From contig JAQGDQ010001886.1 of NCBI GenBank assembly GCA_030141605.1, forward strand, positions 1-22,332: a stretch of DNA of 22,332 nucleotides, given 5' to 3'. This DNA comes from Tubiluchus corallicola. Its lineage: Eukaryota > Animalia > Priapulida. The translations under genes and the position numbers were made by a program. A model generated the notes under the pieces. The model was not told where the DNA came from, ran no database searches, and saw only the letters and a list, made by a program, of their open reading frames with translations. This document shows positions 10,121 through 22,292 of the stretch, in pieces; the stretch's first letter is position 1; each line of letters opens with the position of its first letter.

Positions 10121-11500
10121 TCTGCTAACAAGTCACGATCAAATTTACAATGTTGCAACAAGTTTTCATTATCTGATAACAAGTTACGATCAAATTTACA
10201 ATGTTGCAACAAGTTTTCATTATCTGTTAACAAGTTACGATCAAATTTACAATGTTGCAACAAGTTTTCATTCTCTGTTAACAACTTACGATCAAATTTA
10301 CAATGTTGCAACAAGTTTTCATTCTCTGTTAACAAGTTACGATCAAATTTACAATGTTGCAACAAGTTTTCATTCTCTGTTAACAACTTACGATCAAATT
10401 TACCATGTTGCAACAAGTTTTCATTCTCTGTTAACAACTTACGATCAAATTTACCATGTTGCAACAAGTTTTCATTATCTGTTAACAAGTTACGATCAAA
10501 TTTACAATGTTGCAACAAGTTCTCATTATCTGTTAACAAGTTACGATCAAATTTACAATTCTGCAACAAGTTTTCGTTCTCTGTTAACAAGTTACGATCA
10601 AATTTACAATGTTGCAACGAGTTTTCATTCTCTGTTAACAAGTTACAGTCAAATTTACAATGTTGCAACAAGTTTTCATTCTCTGTTAACAAGTTACGAT
10701 CAAATTCACAATGTTGCAACAAGTTTTCATTATCTGCTAATAAGTTTCGATCAAATTTACAATGTTGCAACAAGTTTTCATTATCTGTTAACAAGTTACG
10801 ATCAAATTTACAATGTTGCAACAAGTTTTCATTATCTGTTAACAAGTTACGATCAAATTTACAATGTTGCAACAAGTTTTCATTCTCTGTTAACAAGTTA
10901 CGATCAAATTCACAATGTTGCATTAAGTTTTCATTCTCTGTTAACAAGTTACGATCAAATTTACAAAGTTGCAACAAGTTTTCATTCTCTGCTAATAAGT
11001 TACGATCCAATTTTCAATGTTGCAACAAGTTTTCATTATCTGTTAACAAGTTACGATCAAATTTACAGTGTTGCAACAAGTTTTCATTCTCTGTTAACAA
11101 GTTACGATCAAATTTACAGTGTTGCAACAAGTTTTCATTCTCTGTTAACAAATTACGATCAAATTTACAATGTTGCAACAAGTTTTCATTCTCTGCTAAC
11201 AAGTTAGGATCAAATTTACAATGTTGCAACAAGTTTTCATTCTCTGTTAACAAATTACGATCAAATTTACAATGCTGCAACAAGTTTTCATTCTCTGTTA
11301 ACAAGTTACGATCAAATTTACAATGTTGCAACAAGTTTTCATTCTCTGCTAACAAGTTAGGATCAAATTTACAATGTTGCAACAAGTTTTCATTATCTGT
11401 TAACAAGTTACGATCAAATTTACAATGCTGCAACAAGTTTTCATTCTCTGTTAAGAAGTTACGATCAAATTTACAATGTTGCAACAACTTTTCATTCTCT
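10121..11500. repeat. 51-bp tandem minisatellite, ~27 copies, inside the homeobox intron
   Basis: Unit TCTGTTAACAAGTTACGATCAAATTTACAATGTTGCAACAAGTTTTCATT(C/A); substitutions only, no indels seen. Confidence 0.98.
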
Positions 11501-11524
11501 AACAATGATGTAAAATGTTCTATA

Positions 11525-11962
11525 TAACAGGCGCTAACTGTGTCATAAGTTAAAGAATTCCAAATATCTGCATTTCCGTTACAAAAAGAGTATTTGCAAA
11601 TATTCAGTCTGCAGAAATTTCTTTATAATTTGAAGTCAAGCCCCCTAAGCCCAAAATGGGATGCGTTTGCAAAAGTCGTGAAACAGTAATCCTATACGAT
11701 TATCACAAAATTTATAACCATTTTTATGTCAAAAATTAAATTTCTTATTTCTAATGGCTTAAGAATTTGTTGTCTATGAAAGTCTGTATAGTTTATATTA
11801 CATCTTCTACACAAACGTCTAGTGAAGTGTCTTTGAATGTTTTCAATGCAAACAGTCAAAATTACAGGATTCCAGACTGGTGTGAAGTATTCGAACAAAC
11901 ATCTTATGTAAGACTTATATGCTGAAAGTAAAGCTTCTTTATTTTAGTGTAGAAACATCTAA
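11525..11962 (-). pseudogene. Degenerate CR1-like LINE ORF2 C-terminal fragment
   Basis: Minus strand encodes LLSAYKSYIRCLFEYFTPVWNP...IENIQRHFTRRL and LRGLDFKL...KYSFCN...IWNSL, matching the CR1/L2 post-RT motifs, with stops or frameshifts. Confidence 0.8.
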
Positions 11963-11969
11963 ATAGTAT

Positions 11970-12119
<150 letters not shown>

Positions 12120-12590
12120 AATCTCCAGTAGTTATAATATAACTTTTAAGACAAATAGTTCTTCGACTGTAATTACAACAATCTATTCCAGATTTCAGGC
12201 ATCGTACAAGAAAAATAGTCGTATTTACCAGTTTTGCGTGTAGTTCTTGATTTTTGAAGAATAGGACCTGATCTTGCTGTGCGATGTAGTTCTAATTTAA
12301 CAGGACAATCATCACAGCTGTGAACTCCAGATACATATTTGTATACATCAGTTAGTTGGCCAAGCAAACTTCTAAAAGCTAATGTAGTTAAACCTATTCG
12401 TTTTAACTCACTTTCATACGACAAGTTCATTAGTTCCGGTAACATATTGAAAGCTTCGACTGGGTCCACTATATATGCTCTAGGACTATTCCAAATACTA
12501 CTTCCATACTCCACTCTTGATCGCACAAGTGCCACATATAGAAGCTTAAAAGTTTGCAGATGTGGGTACTTGAAATTCCTCCTTGTTAAA
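12120..12590 (-). pseudogene. Second, distinct CR1-like LINE ORF2 C-terminal fragment
   Basis: RNFKY...FKLLYVALVRSRVEYGSSIWN...PELMNLSYESELKRIGLTTLAFR...YFS...IWNRL. Confidence 0.8.
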
Positions 12591-13021
12591 GCATTGTTTC
12601 GTTTGGCATGTGTTTACAATCTTTGTGTTTGTCTTGCAAGTCCAGTCTTTCAAAGCGCAAGGCTAAAGTGGTCCTAGCGTAGCGTTTTTGATTTCATCCG
12701 TTCGAGACCAGGCTCATTTCTAATTTTTCACAATTCCTACTTTTAGACGGTAACTTTTAAAAAAATGATTTCTTTTAAAAAAATTACGACGGTTTGATTC
12801 ATACGATCGAATTATTTAATTCAGTATGTTTTTAATTCGAAAAAGATTGGGTCTATTTTCATTACAAAATCTAGATAACCTAAATCAATCAAGCTAACCA
12901 AGATAATCAAGATAGCTATTAATGCTGACAAGGAGAACTCTACTTAGGTCTTTATCATCCCAGTAAGAAATCAAAACTAAATTCTGATAACGACTTGATT
13001 GGCGATTGTCTGCTTTTTCAG

Positions 13022-13162
13022 ATCTGGTTCCAGAACAGAAGAGCAAAATGGAGGAAACACGAAAAGTTGGGAAATTTCGGAGGATTACAAGAGCTGACCG
13101 ATAGTTGTGAAACAATGGTACCTGCGCCTAAACCTCACACTGTTAAACCTTCTTACTCACTT
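13022..13162 (+). CDS. Isx: ISX-like homeobox gene, coding exon 4 (homeodomain 47-60, Q50, plus conserved C-flank)
   Basis: TTTTTCAG| acceptor; IWFQNRRAKWRKHEKLGNFGGLQEL...VPAPKP. The EKxGNxG flank resembles ISX-family proteins. Donor GTGAGT at 13163; read-through would stop at 13177. Confidence 0.92.
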
Positions 13163-13249
13163 GTGAGTATCATTTGAAAATGATCTCTTTTGAATTTACC
13201 TCTTTTTAGACAGTTTTGCCAGCCTTCGTTTTACTAGCTTTTAGCTTAA

Positions 13250-14370
13250 AGGAGAGGTCAACATTTTTGGGAAGTTAGGCTCATTTCAATGTTCCCGAAA
13301 AATGTTAGAAGGACTTGGCAATAAAAGTAGGATAACTGCATTGAGTAATTGGTAAAATCACTTTGAAGTCGCGATCATTTCACGCTTGGATGTTCCAATT
13401 TTGAACGGCAATTTTTCCACCAATGACGTCGTATATCGGCTGAAGAAAAGCAGCGCACTGTCAATTTTTATCAAAACATAAGAAGTTTTTACAAAAAAAT
13501 TAGAAAGCTATTTATGTGATGTTTTTGCATGAATATTAATTGAGCTGCAGAAGAGTGAATTAGTTTAAGCAGCGTTTACGGAAAGACACACTTACGAAAT
13601 CTCACGAAGTCCACCAGTTACGTCATAAGTGAATGGCGGCTACTACCACGCCTGAAAATTTTTAGAAAGCGGTACCATGGATTAACTTTATGCGTCATCG
13701 AAGGTTTTTTTGCAAATTTCGCCTTTTCAAAACAACTTTCTCGGAATAGAGAAGTTTTTCTAAACAGTGACGCGTGATACGTTACACGTTTCCGTACGGC
13801 TCAAATTTACACATCTTAATTCAGATATCTGACATGATTTTATGAAAATTTACATGCCTTCACACAGCCAGTTGTGTGATTTCAATAAAAGATGTAAAAA
13901 TCATGATTAATGCAGCGTTTCTTGGCTTGTGCCATGTTTAGGAAGACGATACACAGCATGACATCACCACGCTGGTTGACACAGAGAAGATACACGACGG
14001 AAATCCTCTTTCTTCCCAACACACTTCCAGTCTGCATCCGTATCCCTTCACGAGAAACACCGAGCTCCCGTTTCCATATCAGTGCATTATTCCTGGAAGA
14101 CAAATAGGCATGCTGCGTGCTTCAGATACTCAGAGAACGGAAACGAACGAAAAAGAAGAAGACAGGAAGACGACGAGCATCGTGTCTTTGAGAAAAAAAG
14201 CCAATGAACATCTGGCGGCTCTGGAAATGCAATACTTGTATAGATAAATAAGCCTTACACAGTTTCGTTGTGCGCATGCGCACTTGCTGCAGGTGAAAGG
14301 TTAAGCGTGCCACAGCAACGCGTCGTAACTGCAACTGTCACGTGACACGTTGGTAAAGCAAAGCTGTCTG
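13250..14370. mobile_element. Possible Kolobok-like DNA transposon relic (one terminus only)
   Basis: Starts TTAA|AGGAGAGGTCAAC; CpG-rich interior; no matching second TIR found; right boundary approximate. Confidence 0.35.
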
Positions 14371-14666
14371 TCGTATCAAATCAAATGAAATCATTTATTG
14401 TTTTTCCCAAACATACAACATTAGTTAAAGTTTAGTAACATATATAGCCAACCAAATGGGAAGGGGTGGCGAAGAACATACGTTATTGAATCATCCACCT
14501 GAACTCAGTTCTGTCTATAAATTTTTCGCATGCAGTGCCGATGATCAGTAATCAAAAATAATAAAATTGAATTATGTACTTGTTTTCACCTATGTAACAG
14601 TAAGCATTATATATATCAGTTCAATAACTTCAGTTGTTTTACGTGGAGTTTACTTAATTATGTATT
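13765..14666 (+). repeat. Inverted duplication 1, left arm (902 bp)
   Basis: Reverse complement of 15636-16538; by eye 3 substitutions and 1 indel; mirrored ORFs in the track. Confidence 0.97.
14377..14500 (-). mobile_element. LINE (L2/Crack-like) 3' tail fragment within the arm; mirror copy at ~15802-15926
   Basis: GGTGGATG...TTCTTCGCCACCCC stem-loop-like segment, then AATAAA and a short (ATTTG/ATTTC) tail. Confidence 0.45.
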
Positions 14667-14846
14667 CGCTTCTGAGCTACAGAAGGTTCTACGAAATTGC
14701 ATTTCAAAAAATCAATAATATGAGATTAATCGCTTAAGAATTTCACAGAACTATCATGTAGTTTTTACTGCAAAGATGACAAAAGTACATATTTGAAAAA
14801 TAGGAACACGAAGTTCTTTGTAGAAAATGTACGTTCTTTTACATAC

Positions 14847-15103
14847 TGTTACGAAGACGGGTTTTAAATAACCCCCTAATGTTAGTAATGGGTATAGTCG
14901 AGAAGCCCAGTAATGCAAATGTACCTGTATAAAACAGAATGCCTGTCGTGATTTGAGGATTCCAACCTGGCCTTTTCTATCTGTAAAGGTGAATGCTGTA
15001 GGTTTGTTGATTTTTATACAAAAGTCTGTTCACATGTCATGGAGCTACTGGTTGTGCATTAACTTGTATGCCGCTCTATACATCCTGAGACGGATCCGTT
15101 ACA
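14847..15103 (+). mobile_element. 5' LTR (257 bp) of a truncated Gypsy-type LTR retrotransposon
   Basis: TGTTACG...CGTTACA termini, internal TATAAAA at ~14928, PBS one base downstream; no gag/pol or second LTR in the window. Confidence 0.7.
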
Positions 15104-15104
15104 T

Positions 15105-15122
15105 TGGTGTCAGAAGTGGGAT
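15105..15122 (+). other. Primer-binding site complementary to the tRNA-Leu(CAA) 3' end
   Basis: TGGTGTCAGAAGTGGGAT is the reverse complement of ATCCCACTTCTGACACCA. Confidence 0.85.
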
Positions 15123-15635
15123 CCGAAATTGAAACATGGAATGGAACCCGGAGCCACTACACTGGTGCACATAAGTGGGATCCGAAATTGCCGCCTGGAG
15201 TGGATCGAATTGGGTTTGGTGATCATTTGATCAATGGCCATTATATGTCACCGAAAACAAATAGTCACTGTCACCTCCAATTGATTGTTAACTGGAGTAT
15301 TGTTGACTCGTGACCCATAGACTCATTTCACTCATTTCATTCAGACAGGCATTGTTAGCAGCATGGATAGTATTAATTAAACGCTGATGATTAATAACTG
15401 ATTTTAATAAGCTTTTTCACAGTTCCAGCGATTGATGGTGATCGTGAAAAGGTCAGAGGTTAAGTCTACCAGACAACGCATTTGTGTACACTTGACAACG
15501 CCTCGCAGCCATGCTATTGTAATAGTAACAGTATTGTAATAGTAATAGTTTTAGCAACTAGCTAGAACCTTGCCTAGTTCATTTTTTCTTGTTCCCAAGC
15601 AAGATCCTGCTAGTAAATCACTCTACACACAGACT

Positions 15636-16538
15636 AATACATAATTAAGTAAAATCCACGTAAAACAACTGAAGTTATTGAACTGATATATATAATGCTT
15701 ACTGTTACATAGGTGAAAACAAGTACATAATTCAATTTTATTATTTTTGATTACTGATCATCGGCACTGCATGCGAAAAATTTATAGACAGAACTGAGTT
15801 CAGGTGGATGATTCAATAACGTATGTTCTTCGCCACCCCTTCCCATTTGGTTGGCTATATATGTTACTAAACTTTAACTAATGTTGTATGTTTGGGAAAA
15901 ACAATAAATGATTTCATTTGATTTGATACGACAGACAGCTTTGCTTTACCAACGTGTCACGTGACAGTTGCAGTTACGACGCGTTGCTGTGGCACGCTTA
16001 ACCTTTCACCTGCAGCAAGTGCGCATGCGCACAACGAAACTGTGTAAAGGCTTATTTATCTATACAAGTATTGCATTTCCAGAGCCGCCAGATGTTCATT
16101 GGCTTTTTTTCTCAAAGACACGATGCTCGTCGTCTTCCTGTCTTCTTCTTTTTCGTTCGTTTCCGTTCTCTGAGTATCTGAAGCACGCAGCATGCCTATT
16201 TGTCTTCCAGGAATAATGCACTGATATGGAAACGGGAGCTCGGTGTTTCTCGTGAAGGGATACGGATGCAGACTGGAAGTGTGTTGGGAAGAAAGAGGAT
16301 TTCCGTCGTGTATCTTCTCTGTGTCAACCAGCGTGGTGATGTCATGTTGTGTATCATCTTCCTAAACATGGCACAAGCCAAGAAACGCTGCATTAATCAT
16401 GATTTTTACATCTTTTATTGAAATCACACAACTGGCTGTGTGAAGGCATGTAAATTTTCATAAAATCATGTCAGATATCTGAATTAAGATGTGTAAATTT
16501 GAGCCGTACGGAAACGTGTAACGTATCACGCGTCACTG
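15636..16538 (-). repeat. Inverted duplication 1, right arm (903 bp)
   Basis: Reverse complement of 13765-14666. Confidence 0.97.
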
Positions 16539-16889
16539 CACACATTATAAACACTAGGTAGCAGGTTACTTAGTACTACACGCATCATTCTCTTACTTAT
16601 CCTCAAGAAAACATCTCTAGGCTTCCCTCACTAAGGTTAGGACACGTTTATTTTGTTTTTCTAAATGCTGTTAAATTGCTCTAAATGACCAATAAAAATA
16701 ATAAGAGAAAAATATAGATAAATAAATAGGCAGGTAGGTAGGTTCGTGGGTAAGAAGGTAGGTTGTTTGGTAGGTAGAGAGCCAAGCAGGTCGGTCGATT
16801 GGCTAGATGATCAGTCAGTCGGCAGATGAGTTGGTAAGGTAGTCAGGTAGTAGATGAGTATATAGATTGATTGACAAATATAAACAAAT

Positions 16890-17095
<206 letters not shown>

Positions 17096-17749
17096 CTCAG
17101 TAGTAATTCTCCAAAATTTTGTAGTGCGTACAAGGAAATTTTTTTGACAAGTAAAACTTTAAATGCTGAAATCAATAAGAAAGGTTTTTGGTTTGTCTTC
17201 TGTAACTGTGCCGTATTGTTCTACAATGTTCCAGAATGAAATCCTTTGCCCAACTCTAGTCAGCAGATAACGCAAAATTCTTCGAAAACCAATTCCAGTC
17301 TTTACCCACATAGGTAAACGGCTATTGTACGATATAGGCAGCTCTTCCCACATTCCTGCTTTTTTATACATAATAATTATTATTTTATTTTTATGTTTAT
17401 ATTTTATCGAATGTGTATTTAGTAAATATATATGCAGACTGAATCCGCAGTCTCAACGCTCATTAAACTGGACTTTCTATTTACACGTTTTCTAGTGATT
17501 CGGCCTCTATATAGTTAATAACCTAAAATCTTGGCAGCTTTTATTTTCTAATCATTTTGTAATCACCTGATTATTGATTGTTCTGATTTCTTAAACATAA
17601 CCTGCAGTTGATTGGCAACGTCATTACAAACCTGCTCTTCAATACGTTCAATGATTACAGGCAGTTTGAGTATAACAGGGCAGCCGTCTCGGTAACATAA
17701 TACCAGGTTTTGTACAATAATTCTACTTACGCAAGCTCTAATCGTTGCG

Positions 17750-17879
17750 TAAAGTTACGAAGAAATTTAAGAAGATTTTTACAAAGACTGGCTTAGTGAA
17801 TCCTTGCGTGGCGCTAAAATGTTCGTACTCACGTACTTACGAAGAAATTCGTTCGTAAGAACTTTAGTGAATCCGGGTC
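17750..17879. mobile_element. Possible PIF/Harbinger-like non-autonomous element terminus
   Basis: Ends ...CGTAAGAACTTTAGTGAATCCGGGTC with repeated TTACGAAGAAATT and TAGTGAATCC; partner end not identified. Confidence 0.3.
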
Positions 17880-18567
17880 TTGGAGAACTGTCTGTTTCTG
17901 CCAAAGGTATAAGTATATACAAAAAACTAACCAGCTATTTTTGTAATATTGGAGCGTGAATATTAGGTGAATTGCAGAAATGTGAATTAGTTTAAGGGGC
18001 GTGCTTACGAAGCCACGAAGCCTTGAATCGGTTGTCACGATTTTATATTATAAAGTTTCTAATAAAAGTTGGTTTCTTTCAATAACACTATGAGTACCTG
18101 TATAGACTGACTTGAAAAAGATGATTTAAATGTAAACATGTTTTCTACGCTTAATTATCTACCTGAATAAGATTTCTCTTTGCTCCCACGTAAACATACT
18201 CCCACGCTTTCAAAAGCTCTCTGAGGTAATTGCTACTGATAATCTTGCCTGACAGTCAGTAAAACAAAAATAAATGATTTCGACAAACTCTCGCATGGGA
18301 AAAACCTACTAAAAAGACAAACAAGAGATTTGTGTCTTAGACTTGCCTAAGTAGAATCTAGATTTGGTAGGTGCTATCTTTTTGTGCTGTAGACCTTCCT
18401 ATAGGCAAACTGAGCCTAGAGATAATATGTAAGGTTCTTTTGAAAAGGTACCCAAATGAGATTTAAATTGGTTCTGTTACATGAACATAATCACTGACGG
18501 AGCAAAACCAGAAATTTTTGAAGTCAAACTCACTCGAAAGGAAAGCAACATTAAAAAGATGGATTGA

Positions 18568-18639
18568 GCCAGGACTTGAACTCGGGACTTCTGTTTTTTT
18601 TCTGTACAGGGTCACTAGATCACACTACCATTATTACCA
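18568..18639 (-). mobile_element. tRNA-derived fragment (SINE head)
   Basis: Minus strand has TGGTAATAATGGTAG (A box) and GAGTTCAAGTCC (B box). Confidence 0.45.
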
Positions 18640-18761
18640 ACAAAGATCTTAACTCAATTCTAAGTTCCTAACATTTAATCGACGAAACTTACAAACATTT
18701 CAGCGTGTCACAAATAATTTTGAAGAACAAAAACACTCCTTATAAATAAAGCTTAAAAATT

Positions 18762-20330
18762 CATCTAATCACATTCGTCACCAAGACGACAAGCAGTTTC
18801 GGCTTGATAAATCAGCTACATGTTGTCTTATTGCATACAGAACTTACAGTAAACATCTATAAAACTTGTAAATTGAAACTTCCGTGTTGACCGTTAGGAG
18901 CAGCCATTTTAACGGCAAGTCATAACATTGCCTAAAGTTTGAAAAAATGAGAACATTGGTAGCACAACCTGGTGCACACTGGGATGGTGACACGGTGACG
19001 TTTTGGCAGTTGGCAGTGATGCGCTAAACCCTAACAGGATTCTAGGTAAGTTGCAGTTGACAGAACGTAATGAACATTTATAAGGCAGCACTTCAATAAT
19101 GGCTGTAGATTAAACTAGGATAACGTTCGATTGCGAATGAATGTGAAGTTTCATACATATGTTTCAGTTTCAGTGCCCATGACGATACAGGTAATAAAGT
19201 GAACATGTTAAATTATCAAGAAATTTCGTTTCCAGTTATATAGGTCTTTGAAACAAACAAGTAAGGCAAGGTAATATAACTACTATAAGATTTACGTTAA
19301 AAACGTTGGAAGTTTTTTGGGATTCAGTTTAAAATTCTCCTTTCTTCACACTTAAGAAGTAAAGCTTATATTATTATGCGTCTGAAAGTAGTTTCTATGC
19401 GGAAGCTAAACATTAAAACTTTAGCTTTGCTACATGAAAGTCTGTAAATCGGCGGAAAGAAAACTAATAAACGCCCGTCTTCCAAGCAATAAGCTTAAGT
19501 AACGTCTAAGTAGCGCTTACAAAATGAAGCCAGCTCGCTAAAGGTCATATATTTCTCATTAAGCTAATAAGTTCCATACTGCACGAAACCAACACCCACT
19601 TCTAATAGAGACAACGGAAAATACAAACAGATGAATAGCAAAAATAGACAGAAAGGAGCGAATTGAAAATGAAAGGGATTAGTTGTGTGCTATAAACAAG
19701 AACTGTAAATTACTTAAAAGATTAATAACTGCTAACTCGGTCAGGACAGTAATTTAGCAGACAGAAAACAAAGCAAAGAACAAAACTAATGCCAGTAAAG
19801 CCAGAGATACACCAAAGCGTCTAGCGTCTTCCAGTAGCTAGCGTCTGCAGCTTCCAGCGTTTGGCGTTCGGTTGCCAACTTACGGCTTCCATAGCGACCA
19901 CTGCATAGGTGACATGTCTGGCGTCCAATCGCAGGCATACAAAATGGATGATAATCAAATTTATTTTTGCAATCCTTTTTTCGATGCTAATATAAACGCT
20001 GGACTCTGGAAGCCACTGTATAAAAATCGGAACTGTTTCTGTTTTTCAGCGTTTTACTTCCGGAATTCGCCGTCAAAATGCTGAAGGACAAGAAACAAAA
20101 TTCGTAAATAAAGCTTAAAAATTCGTTTTGAAATTTTGGATTACTTACATGTTACTGCTTGTTTTAGTAGTAGCGCTGTACAAAACTTGTAAATTTAAAC
20201 ACCGCGATGACAATTAGGCGCAGCCACTCTAACGGTCAGTAGTTGAAGTAAGAAATTGAAATAAGTTTAAGTTACACTGTGACGTTCAAAAATAATCAGA
20301 ACTTTCGTCCCGCACACTTCACCACTACGC
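18762..20330 (+). repeat. Inverted duplication 2, left arm (1569 bp)
   Basis: Reverse complement of 20724-22292; about 25 substitutions, no indels seen; 393-bp spacer. Confidence 0.97.
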
Positions 20331-20723
20331 AAAAGTGAAAATTACTTTATCTCGCAATATTAAAAATGTGTGTCTTTTTTTTGGTGAGCCAGCGGTGCAC
20401 ACTAGGATCGTGAAACAGTGACGTTGTACCACAAGCGCAAACATTTTAAATTATTAAAAATTTTCTTTTCCAGTTACGTAAGTCTTTCTAACAGCTAAGC
20501 GTAAAGCTAAGTAATAAACTTTGCATCAAAAGTCTTTTGGAATTCGCTGGACGCCAAGCGATTCGTAGTTTCTATTAATATAAAATCTCATAATTTTTCT
20601 GATTTTTTTATCAGTGCAAAAAAGTTTAACAAAGCTTCTTACGCAATGTTTTGCGTGTTTTAGAATGGTAAGAACACGAAGCTTCGTGTGTAATTATACC
20701 GCTGAGAATTGTATTTGCAAATC

Positions 20724-22292
20724 GCGTAGTGTTGAAGTGTGCGGGACGAAAGTTCTGATTATTTTTGAACGTCACAGTGTAACTTAAACTTATTTCAATT
20801 TCTTACTTCAACTACTGACCGTTAGAGTGGCTGCGCCTAATTGTCATCGCGGTGTTTAAATTTACAAGTTTTGTACAGCGCTACTACTAAAACAAGCAGT
20901 AACATGTAAGTAATCTAAAATTTCAAAACGAATTTTTAAGCTTTATTTACGAATTTTGTTTCTTGTCCTTCAGCATTTTGACGGCGAATTCCGGAAGTAA
21001 AACGCTGAAAAACAGAAACAGTTCCGATTTTTATACAGTGGCTTCCAGAGTCCAGCGTTTATATTAGCATCGAAAAAAGGATTGCAAAAATAAATTTGAT
21101 TATCATCCATTTTGTATGCCTGCGATTGGACGCCAGACATGTCACCTATGCAGTGGTCGCTATGGAAGCCGTAAGTTGGCAACCGAACGCCAAACGCTGG
21201 AAGCTGCAGACGCTAGCTACTGGAAGACGCTAGACGCTTTGGTGTATCTCTGGCTTTACTGGCATTAGTTTTGTTCTTTGCTTTGTTTTCTGTCTGCTAA
21301 ATTACTGTCCTGACCGAGTTAGCAGTTATTAATCTTTTAAGTAATTTACAGTTCTTGTTTATAGCACACAACTAATCCCTTTCATTTTCAATTCGCTCCT
21401 TTCTGTCTATTTTTGCTATTCATCTGTTTGTATTTTCCGTTGTCTCTATTAGAAGTGGGTGTTGGTTTCGTGCAGTATGGAACTTATTAGCTTAATGAGA
21501 AATATATGACCTTTAGCGAGCTGGCTTCATTTTGTAAGCGCTACTTAGACGTTACTTAAGCTTATTGCTTGGAAGACGGGCGTTTATTAGTTTTCTTTCC
21601 GCCGATTTACAGACTTTCATGTAACAAAGCTAAAGTTTTAATGTTTAGCTTCCGCATAGAAACTACTTTTAGACGCATAATAATATAAGCTTTGCTTCTT
21701 AAGTGTGAAGAAAGGAGAATTTTAAACTGAATCCCAAAAAACTTCCAAAGTTTTTAACGTAAATCTCATGGTAGTTATATTACCTTACCTTACTTGTTTG
21801 TTTCAAAGACCTATATAACTGGAAACGAAATTTCTTGATAATTTAAAATGTTCACTTTATTACCTGTATCGTCATGGGCACTGAAACTGAAACGAATGTA
21901 AGTAACTTCACATTCATTCGCAATCGAATGTTATCCTAGTTTAATCTACAGCCATTATTGAAGTGCTGCCTTATGAATGTTCATTACGTTCCGTCAACTG
22001 CAACTTACCTAGAATCCTGTTAGGGTTTAGCGCATCACTGCCAACTGCCAAAACGTCACCGTGTCACCATCCCAGTGTGCACCAGGTTGTGCTACCAATG
22101 TTCTCATTTTTTCAAACTTTAGGCAATGTTACGACTTGCCGTTAAAATGGCTGCTCCTAACGGTCAACACGGAAGTTTCAATTTACAAGTTTTATAGATA
22201 TTTTCTGCAAGTTCTTAATGCAATAAGACAACATGTAAATGATTTATCAAGCCGAAACTGCTTGTCGTCTTGGTGACGAATGTGATTAGATG
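20724..22292 (-). repeat. Inverted duplication 2, right arm (1569 bp)
   Basis: Reverse complement of 18762-20330. Confidence 0.97.

Noticed and set aside
10108-11505. Minus-strand 300-aa and 163-aa LRR-looking repeat ORFs
   Set aside because: Antisense reading of the 51-bp array, broken by a stop, 17-aa period does not fit LRR consensus.
15384-15410. Additional CTGATGA hammerhead cores (here and ~7228)
   Set aside because: No stem II or GAAA follows.
17608-17700. Candidate terminal exon 5 after CCTGCAG (LIGNVITNLLFNTF...)
   Set aside because: Weak polypyrimidine tract and no recognisable motif; cannot be supported without transcripts.
19872-21182. Identical 70-aa ORF pair as duplicated genes
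   Set aside because: Identity follows from the inverted duplication; non-ATG start, no recognisable domain.
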